From Atractiella rhizophila (lineage: Eukaryota): a stretch of DNA of 53,676 nucleotides. The position numbers were made by a program, and so were the translations under genes. The notes beneath the pieces were generated by a model. It worked only from the letters and a program-made list of their open reading frames with translations. It had not been told where the DNA came from and searched no databases. Location: contig MU271470.1 in the NCBI GenBank assembly GCA_021432655.1, forward strand, positions 1 to 53,676, written 5' to 3'. Positions 41,381 through 51,386 of the stretch are shown here, one piece after another. How positions within the stretch are numbered: the stretch's first letter is position 1; each line of letters opens with the position of its first letter.

Positions 41381-44257
41381 ATGGAGGAAAAGTTGGATGT
41401 CGAACAGTACGCCCCTTATTCCCTAGCCAAGGGCCCGTAGTGACCACAAACAGTATTTTCGCGCAGCTCTCTGCAGAGCTGTTTCCAGATCCAGGAAATC
41501 AGGATAGCCTGTCAAATATCGCCACAGGAAACAACATTGCACTCCCGTCCCTGCCACAGAACTTTGGAGATGACTTTTTATCCAACTTGGACAATCTGGG
41601 CACGGGTGAGTCGCCGTTTGTGTCATACGTCAACGAGTTCGTGGGTCTGAGAACATCTTTCTTTCCCTCAAAGACAACGCCGGAAACTTCAATCTCTTCG
41701 ACCTTGACCTCTCCAATTTCGGCGCATCGACATCGACAACTTCGGACCCCGTTCCCGCTCTGTCATCCTCGCCCGCCGTCGCGGGACCCGGAAGTATGAG
41801 CAATGAGGACTTTTTGGCCTTATTCAGCTCTATTCAGAGTAGTGGTACTACCAACGAAAAATCGGCTGAGGATGAAAATCTCTTCAACTTCAAACCGCCT
41901 ACCCCGAAAACCGCCGTGGGACAAGGACAACAACCCGTACAGCCGACGTCAACTTCGACAGTGTCGGCGAAGGCGAGCGGTTTTATGGGTCTCGTCCCCA
42001 TTCAAAGTACCAAGGACACATCCGGTTCGTCTCCTTTTCATTCCCTGTTCAAGCGTTGACGGTGAAAGGGAAGGTCACCCGGGGCAAAAATGCCAATTCC
42101 CTCAGGCTCCAGTTCAAGGGTCTGAAGCTCCGACCGTTGCGAATGGCATGTTAGGGTATGGAAATGGGACAGGAGCCAATGGAGGAGGTTGGTCACAACC
42201 TCCGCACCCAGAGAACCAGCTCACAGACGTTGATTAGGATCTCAAGGACCCCCGGCAACTTACCCGCAGCCGAGAATAGGGATGACGCCTGTCCCTCAAT
42301 TCAATACAAACCCGAATGGAAATCTTCAAATGAACTATGGGGCTCAGGGAGTGCCCAACATCCACAATCAGAACACGGGTTATGGTAGGACGAACTACTT
42401 CGCCCCGTGACTTGTGTTGTGCTGATGAACGCCTTATGCAGGACAAGGTCAGGGGTTGAAAACCGCATCTCCTGTTCCGAATGCAGCTGGAATGCCATAC
42501 GGAGGATATGGTTTGCAGCAGCTAAACGGTAAAGTCTTGGAGTTCCAACTCAAATTTTTTTGTTGATCGTAATCCCAACAGGTTCGATGCAACTCCATGG
42601 CCTTCCTGCGATAAGTTCATCTAATCAACTACCGTCCTCTTCGCCTTTCTTGGCGAGGACCTCTTACGCACCTACGTCGTCGAAAACAACCCAAAACGGT
42701 GCTCAGCATACTATTCCAACACCTCTTATGCGACCACCAAGTCAGTTCCAGACAGATCCGCGAGCTCAGGCAGTGCCTACTCCGCTTCGTCCCGCCCCCA
42801 ACGCTCATGCCGACCAGCTCCCGACTTGGATGTCGAAAGCGTCGACTCAACCGTCGCTCGCTCCTTTGTCTCATGCCCTCTCTGCTCCCGTCATGCCTTC
42901 TCAGGTACCCATGCAGCAAGCTATGTCGCAAGGACTTCCGCAGGGAACACCCCTCACCCGTAACCCTACGGCGCCGAATACCTCATTTCTCCCAGTTGGT
43001 GCTCCAACATCGATGCCACAGCAAGTCGATCCGGCTTACATTCAGTCACCTCTTGTTCCGCAACAAGGGATGAGACCTGTAGCACCTCTGCCTAGTCGTG
43101 CGAACGTATCCCAGGATCCCCAATATCTTCAGTACTTCCCACAGGCGGCAGGTCCCGTCAGATTAGCAGCGCCCCAGTACCAACAATATCCTCCTCTTGT
43201 GGCGACTCCTAGTCAGTTTCGATACGTGCAAACGGAGCAGGGTCTCGTTCCTGTAACTTTGCTAGCGCAACCCGGAGGATCGCAAGAGTATCACCATCCT
43301 CAATTGATGCACTCACAGCATGTCGGCGTGCCTGCTGCCCAACCTTGGATTGGGCCTCAAGATCGCCGTTTCTCAAACGGATATGCAATACCTCAGCATA
43401 GTACCTCAGCTCCTGGATACTCAAATGGAGTGACCGTCGCAATTCCACAGGTTCCCATGATTGGTTACCCTCCCGCGTCCACGGGGACGATGGCGCAATC
43501 TTTACCTCAGCCCCCTCAACGCCCGCCTCACATGCAACAAAAACCTCCGACTCCAAAACCTCTGATGGAAGCAAAGAACGTGGAGAAAAAAATCACGAAA
43601 AATTCGCCTGCAGCTCCTCCGGCTCAATCTCAACCTGTGATGGCGCATCAGCAGAACATGTTGTCGGGCATCAATCCCATCGTTCCCGTCATGGATCCAA
43701 GCATGTTTGTCTCGCAAAACCCAGGCTCATCCTCCGCAGTTGGATTGGCTGCTAAACATCCTCCATCGTTCCCTCCTCCTCACATGACGATGCCGCCTCA
43801 GCATGTCGTACAAACGATGAGAGCGTCACCTCTTCTGGCCAAGAGATCGTATCACGCGATGGAAGGCGCACCGATGCCCACTGTCAACCCAAAGGAACTG
43901 CCGACCCCTATTCCCATGTTCGATCCCTGCCATTGGACATCGGCCGCCATGCATGGCCCTTCTCCCGCCTCCACAGCAACCATCCTCACCCCTCATGCTA
44001 ACCCATCGCTCCTCCACACTACCCCTCCAGAAGTTTCTTCAGACTCGTCAACCCCCGCATCCTCGCTCTCGAATGGTCCGTCTCCTCACAACCCACTTGC
44101 TTGTGCAATACCTTCGGTCAGTCCGCCAGGGGCCTTCCCTTCGATGACGGTGGAACAGATGTCTCAGCTGAGGAAGCGTAAGATGGGAGAGATGCAGGAC
44201 GTAGGAACATTGAATGACAACGGGATCAAGAAATCACGTCTGGGCATGAACACATGA
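41381..44257 (+). CDS. Hypothetical Pro/Gln/Ser-rich disordered protein with acidic-hydrophobic N-terminus and C-terminal NLS-like motif
   Basis: ATG 41381 (MEEKLDVE) spliced via GTACGC..CAG into IFAQLSAELF. Long terminal ORF 42560-44257 ends RKRK...KKSR. Internal exon structure is approximate. Confidence 0.65.
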
Positions 44258-44689
44258 ACAATCGTCGCATTGAATATTCCGGATTTTCTTGGATAAAAAG
44301 GATCAGATCGTTTAATGATTCCTAATGTTTGTCTTATCGTTCGATTGAATAGGAGTTGTGCCATGTGAGAACGCGTTGTGACGAATAACTGGTTTAGCTT
44401 GTTTTTCAGATTCGCATGTCGTCCTTTTATATATTGCTTATGATTTCGATTTCGAGGAAAGAAGTGTCCCGACGTGGTTTCTTCATCGTCAATAGCTTCA
44501 TTATTGTAGCAATAACATCCTCAAAATGATACATACATCCTTGGAGAGTATCTAGGAAGAAAACCGATCCTTTGGGGCGAGATTGTACTCAGAATAAATT
44601 TAGAAGGGGAAAAGGGCGTGAAACTTGACATAACAAGAAATAATGACAATTAAACAAGGCTAGAGCGGTTCCGAGGATCAATCGATGCT

Positions 44690-47457
44690 CTACAATTCCT
44701 GACTCTCCTCCACTGTCTGCTCCACTGTCTGCTCCAAAGTCTCTTCGTGCTCCTCGTCTTGCTCTTGAGACTCGTCTCCCTCTCCCTTTCCAACCATTTC
44801 CCAGAGCTTCGGCTGGGGTTTGACCTCGATATCCCCGAAGGGTTCAGGTTGGGATAACTTGACGCAGGCTCGACTATTCAAGACCAGGAGTTCGAAGAAG
44901 AAGGAGGCGGCGGCTCTCTTGCTTGCCTGTGGCCCAACTCAGAACTCAGCACCACATTCTTCAGCATGAGAGCAAGCAAGTTTACCTTCTCGGCAACGTT
45001 GTCAAAGCTCACCACTTCCTTCCTACTCTCTTCCTCGTCTCCACCCATGAGTTCATTGTTCAACACCTTGAGGGCTTTCACGGTATTCTTGCTCCACCCG
45101 CTCTTTGACTGAACGACATCTTCCCTGAAGGTCTCCTCGTCATCAACAAGCAAGCTCTTCTGCTGGGTTGCATTCGCCTGACTCTCATTGGCTAGTTGCT
45201 CGTCAAAGATTGAAAGGATTGAGACGCCTTCATCCAGTTTGAAACCTTGACCCATGGACAAATCGACGTCTCCACCGAGCAGTCCCATCTCATCTAGTCC
45301 AGAGGAAGCGGTCACTTCCCTCCTTCTCCGCTCCTTCACCCTCTCTTCCTCCATAGGCATGTCATCCAGTTGAAATCCAGCTCCCATATCCAAGCCCATA
45401 TCGAGTCCCATGCCACCAACACTCCCAAAACTAGGATCCATGCCGTCCAGAATATTCTCCATCCCTCTCGAAGGAGTACCAGTCACATCCCTTCTCCTGG
45501 GATGCTCAACGTCCTCTTCCTCTGTCGTGCTCTCCCTCGCTCGTTTCGCACCTCGATCCTTCTCATTCTCCGCTTCCTCGAGCACCCGTCGGTTCCTCTT
45601 CTTTGGGAGTTTGAAGACCTCTTCCAACTCGGGAGCGAGGAGAGAATCGTATGCGGAAGCATAGATGAATTCCATCTTGGGGTCAGAGGAGAGATGGGGG
45701 AAGTAGTATGCGAGAGGGTCAGCGTCGATTTCGAGGAGTCGGAGGTGACACTTGGATTTAGGCAAGAACTGAGGCTGGCATTCCAAAACAAAGTTAACAT
45801 CAGCATGCCTACGAGCGTGGAACGTTGGGAAGGGAGATGAATGCTAACTTCAACTAACATGCCCTTCTTGATCTTATCCGCTTTATCACCACCACGTATG
45901 ACGGCCGTCTCGTCGCCTCCCCTCTTGGCGTCAATCTCCTTATCCATCACCAACTTCTTGCCTTTCTTTTCCTTCGTTTTCCCATCAGGGGTCTTCTTGG
46001 CCTTAGCTAGAGCAGCATTGATGCGAGCAGCGGTACGAGGGGTCACGTCCAACATGGAAGAGTTCGCAGCGTCCAGGGCGGCGGCGTTGGAAGGAGTAGG
46101 GGTCATTTCGCCTTCGCGTGGAGCTACGCACCATAACATTCAGTGACAAAGAAGGGGATGAGGTACGACGGCGCGGACGTACTCCTCTCTCTATCTTCTC
46201 GCCCAGCGGGTGGATCAACATCCATACCCATCCCGTCCAATCCCAGATCTAATCCAGGTCCTCCAGGCCCGAAGCTCTCATCAGCCATTCCCAGGCCCAA
46301 CGGGTCCATCTCGAAGCCTTCTTGCCCCCTCCCATCTTCACTCAGGCTCTTATCGAACAATCCGAGCCCTTCACCATCTCCAGAGACGTCATTAAGTCCA
46401 TCCAAGAGACTGTTATCTCCATACTCCCCTCCCCTCCTAGCAGAAACAGAGGCGTCACGTCCCAACTCGACATCCATCTCATCCTCATCCCCTTCGCCAT
46501 CCTTCTTCCCCGGCAGGTCGTATTCGTCTCCCAGTCCAAGGTCCAACCCATCGCCGTAACCGTAGTCCTGAGAGCCGATTCCTTCGATGGAATCAAACAT
46601 GTCCATACCGTACGCGTACGTATCGTCCATCAGACTGGCCTCGAGACCGGTGGACGGGAGAGTGATGTCTTCTTCGTTCGCCGTGCCCGCAACTTTTTTC
46701 TTCTTCTGTCCTTGGGCAGCTTGAAGTTCATCCCTGATAGGCAGAGTTAGCGAGCCGTACGCTGAGGAAAACAGAAAATAAAAATAAAGAGTGCCAGTGT
46801 CACAGGACCTTGTTGTCTGAGAAATGCTATCGGATAGTACGAGGGTATGTCGGGCATAGATTTTCCACACCAAATGTTCATGCCATTGGACAAAAAAGAA
46901 AAGCAATGTTACGTATATGACTATATCAATGTCATTCTACTGAAAAATGGCAAATGTTAGAGCAATCTAAAGGCATCGTTTTGAAAGTCACGCAGGACTA
47001 CCGGATTCCGACACACCAGTCGAAAGTAAAGAAGAACTCACTCAAACCCTCCCTGCCATTCCCAATCCAAATCCCAAGCGCCTCCCTCATTCCTCCTCGT
47101 GATAGCTCTTTTGTCCGCTCTCTCCTCACCTTCCTCCATGTCCACTTTCCCACCCCCTTTGTTCGTCATTCCCAAGAACACGCCCTTTATCCTTTGCAAC
47201 GCATCACCACAGTCATCGTAAAGATACTTTGCCTTCCTCGAATACACGCGTACCACGCCCAACAAAAGCTGACCAGACACACGCAGCGACGGCAGTTCGT
47301 TCTGTGGCGGCTCTAGGATGGAGGGTATGGTCGTTGGTATGGAGAGACTGAGAAAGGCGGCTTTGGAGAGCTTGGAGGAGAGATGGGACGCGAGCCAGAT
47401 TTTGGAGAGGGGCGAGTTGGAGGAGCGGGAGGAGAGGAGAGAGTTGCTGAACAGCAT
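44690..47457 (-). CDS. RAD21: Cohesin kleisin subunit Rad21/Scc1
   Basis: N-terminal PLSKIWLASH...LRVSGQLLLGVVRVYSRKAKYLYDDC. C-terminal winged helix SKRAAASFFFELLVL...LSQPEPFGDI. Separase-like ExxR sites DVELGR and DVEHPR. Confidence 0.93.
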
Positions 47458-48199
47458 CGATGGGGTCCTGCGCGATGGCTTGGAAATGAAAGTGGGTGTT
47501 GTGCTCGTCCCTGCCCTGAACAAAACCGCGTCCTCCTGTGTGACACATGGCACAACACCAGGGTGGCCTTTCTATCCACGTGACTCAAAGAACGACGATG
47601 GAGAAATGTTTTATGTGAATGGAGTATGCTCTGGAAGATGTTGTTGCTTTGCGGTCATGGGAAGGCATCAGTAGTGAGCCTTTACATTTTTTTCTCCTAT
47701 TTTCTGCTTCAGAGGGACCTACCTTCCTTCTTTCTGACAATCTCTCTTCCAACAAAGGATCATGAAAAGGATGAGCTAGCATTCTTCAGTGAAGTAAATT
47801 CATTCACGAGAGATACATTGAAACCTTGTTCATCTATGTTGCGCTCCCTCAAGTGGACCGTCAAGCCGTGAAAGTGATCGTGACTTCATAACCGTTTTGA
47901 ATTACTTCCTGTCGTATATCGTGGGCTGCTAATCTGCTGTCAAGCTTACGGGAGCTAGTGAGCGAACGGTCGGCTCAGAGAAACTTGGACCACATAAATT
48001 TATTTGCAACCTCTTATGCGATTTTAGGACCACTGTATGGCAGGTCTCTTCGGTCACTTCTTTTTGCTCTTCTGGGTTGCCATTTTAATATTTCTACTTC
48101 TGAGAGTTCATATGGTTGAATTCTGAGTCTGAACAGCAACAAAAATTGGCACGAGCAGCGTATGAACTATTTGGAACATCTACAAATGACAAAACTAAT

Positions 48200-48907
48200 A
48201 AAATCTATACACGTTGACTACAGTACAAAAGAGACAACTAAATTGAGTGGATTGTTGATGACAAGCGTTTGCGAACCTTGAGTTCTTCTTGGGATTGGTA
48301 ATACAATGGTCGGTAATAATACAAATGTGAAACATCCAAGTTCGAAATGATACAGAACACGTTTGATGTGTGCAGCTTGAAAAATGTAATTGAGAAGTGA
48401 GAGACATCGTAACGTTGCGTTGCTGTAAAGAGAGAAGAACGAAAGTGACCAATTCACACAAACTAACCCCTAACATGAATTAAAAGGGGCTGCAAGACTA
48501 GCGCAAAACGTCACCTGATATCGTTCATGACATCGTACAATGAACTACGAGACCTCGCATTTGCATTGACAGTCTCGTCTATGATACATATCTTCCAAAA
48601 CTCTTCTAGAAGTCGGAGCTTCCTCTCCTCCTGGTTCATGGCTGCTTGTCGTTCCCACCCCATTCACACTGGGCTGAATGGCTGGCGAACCGCGGCCGGA
48701 GCCAGGCTGACTTTCGACCCTTATGCTGTCCAAAGAGGGCAAAGAGGCATTGTTGGGAGCTCTACCTCTGCCTTCTAGAGAAGGATCGGATTCATTATGT
48801 GCAGAAGGAGTCTGACCCTGCGGTTGTTGCCGAGCTCGCAGGACCTGTCGTCTCAAGTCCTGCTGCGCATTTCCCCTCGTCGAGCTCTGACTGTCAGTCA
48901 CACTCAT
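48200..48907 (-). CDS. Hypothetical small multi-exon protein (3' end unresolved)
   Basis: ATG 48907 (MSVTDSQSS...) opens a ~107-codon polar exon followed by plausible GT-AG introns. The downstream frame is ambiguous and no family was recognised. Confidence 0.35.
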
Positions 48908-49945
48908 GAGGTTAGAGTAGTGAAAGCCAGAGGAGGGAGAGAAGGAGAAGGAACAAGACCGACGCTCTTTCCTCTTGTCGTTCGTCCCAGAGGTCCCCCG
49001 TTTTATATTTTTCACTATTTGACTCAAAAGCGGAATAGTAATGGGCCGAACTCTCATTTTTCACTTTTGCACAAGGGAATGCGTCACCATCTGACTCGCC
49101 TGCTTATAGCTGTTTGTCTCCAGGTGACGTGGGCCTGAAGGAGGGGATGGAGCAACCGTCCGTACTTTTAGACATCTACGGCCTGCACTAAGAGATGCAA
49201 GCAACTTTCAAATTATTGCTGGAATCTCTGTAAGAATGGGGCGAAATCATATTAGGGAAGAGGTATACTGCATCACAGTTCCTCCCCTGTCTCGTTTCGA
49301 GCATAAAAAGGAACAAAGGGAAAGTGGAAACATCCGCAAGAGCGCATTTCAGTCAATTGCGAGCCCAACTCTAAAAGGTTGATTACGTCTTTACTTCACC
49401 TTCCCCTTTCAACTGTCCCCGAGTGATATCTAGAGTGCTATGGGACAGTGCGCAAGAACTTCGATAATAGTTGCACGAGATGTCTCACGTGATCAGACAC
49501 AGGATGGCTCAAAACAAGATTGCCGCTGCGTATGTAGATCATTATTCCGATTGCCATCTACGTTCCCTAACTTCACTCACATTATAACTTTTGAGTACTG
49601 ATTAACAGTTCTGCTTATGTGATAACACATCTTGACGGTCTCTTTGTACGCCCCGGACTTGGGGACTACTGTACCTGCGACACCATCCTGGAACTAGAAC
49701 AGCGCATTTCGGTAAGTAATTAATCCACTTTTGCGTACTTTGTGGAGTTGATTGGTGACTGCCGTAGGTCCTGCGTTAGCTCAGCTAGTCCCAGTCCGAC
49801 ATCCCGACTTTGATTCCCCTCGTCGCGCCTCAGCTTAGTCGGCTTTCGGCTTTCCCTCAGTTACCAAGCAGACTCCTATTGCACAACACATAAATAGGCC
49901 ACTGTCCAACTCTTTCTCGCCAAATTTCTGTACCTGACACCTGAC

Positions 49946-50589
49946 ATGAAGTCTACACTCATTTCCATCGTTTTCACTCTCGTTTTGGCGACTGTCTCGT
50001 CCGCCTCTTTTACGACAGTTGCGAAGCACAAGGGTACCAATAAGAGAGGTTTGCATCCCTCCGTGCATCCTCGCAGTTTCTGATGGTGCGCATGACAGCC
50101 ATCGCCAGTGGGACGAAAGGCTGTCTCAAGTTCGTTTTCGACGACGGAAGCGAAAAATGGCTCCAGGATCAAGTCAACAATGACAGCGTAACGAGTCAGA
50201 TGAGACTCATCAGCGATTCACCTTCTCCATCCGACGTTTACCTACAAGTGACTCCAACATCCTTCGGGAGCAGCAACATGGCGGAGTAAAGCTTTCCTTC
50301 TTTGATTTATTGAGAGGTCTGAACATTCAACCAAAACAGGGTCACTCTCCCCATCGTTTCGTCGCTCTCCAATGGACTCTCCCTGACGGACAATGGACCC
50401 GTCGATGGATTGATTGCCGATCTTTTCAGCTCATTTTACAACTTCAATGCTGACACTGGAGCGGTCGGGATTTCCAATCTTTATGGGTGCTCCGACAACA
50501 GCATCTTCGTCTTGTACGAGGAAGAGGGTACCGGAGTACCGTCCGGCTGCAAAACTGCTTCACTCGTCTTTGTACCCAAGACAGATTGA
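49946..50589 (+). CDS. Small secreted protein (179 aa, 3 exons, 3 Cys, KR propeptide site)
   Basis: Exons 49946-50048, 50099-50285 and 50340-50589 total 540 nt in frame. Signal peptide MKSTLISIVFTLVLATVSSA, then KR, and ends ...NLYGCSD...PSGCKTASLVFVPKTD*. TATA-like CATAAATA at 49889-49896. Confidence 0.75.
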
Positions 50590-51386
50590 TTACTATCAAA
50601 CTCGTGTGCTCGCAATTTCATGCTGCAACGTCGAGAACAGTCATCGTAGAAGCGAATTGGCTGGAAACTAAAACGAAATAAATAAGTAAAGCGTCCACGA
50701 TAACTCAAACTGCGGATGGAGACGATGCTAACTAGTTCATGCATTTCATCAACTGCCAGTGGGTAAGCTAGCATCTACACGAACATGACAGGACAATTTC
50801 GAATCGATTGATACACTGGGAGCCAGCAACATATGCAAGAGGACAGGGAACTTGGGACACGAAATTGTGGGAGGTGTCAGTGGAGATGAGGTGGGATTGG
50901 TGGGTGGGTTGGGTTGGGTTGGTGGCAGACAACACAAATCGACACTGACTGAAAGCAAAAGACGAGATAACTCGTACAGCAACAGCAATGAAGGCGTGAA
51001 AGATCGAAGCAACACTTACTAGTCATAACGTTAGATAGAAGACAAAGCAATGAAGTCAAGGACATGAAATAGAAGAAAGAGATCTTTTGGGTCAAAGGAA
51101 GAAACGTAGGTACATAGAGCATAGATACCGAAATCAAGTCATAGATAATCTCAATGGAAGAGTAGTAAAGAGCAGGAAGACAAAGAAAACGGTGATCAAC
51201 CATTTACAACCACTTGAAAGCTTAGGAACGTGAACCGAAATTGAAGACCGAAAACAACTAAGAGATCACAGCACAGAATTTTTTGCGACTTGCTTTTAAG
51301 AATATTTTAAGAAATATCAGATGAACCGCCAAACTGCAAATAAGATACCTCAACTAGACAACCGTTTCAAACGTTGAAAGCTCGTA

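Noticed and set aside
48463..48474. CTAACCCCTAAC as a telomerase-template or telomeric repeat
   Set aside because: It is only ~1.7 units, does not match TTAGGG exactly, has no supporting structure, and coincides with splice-site sequence on the minus strand.
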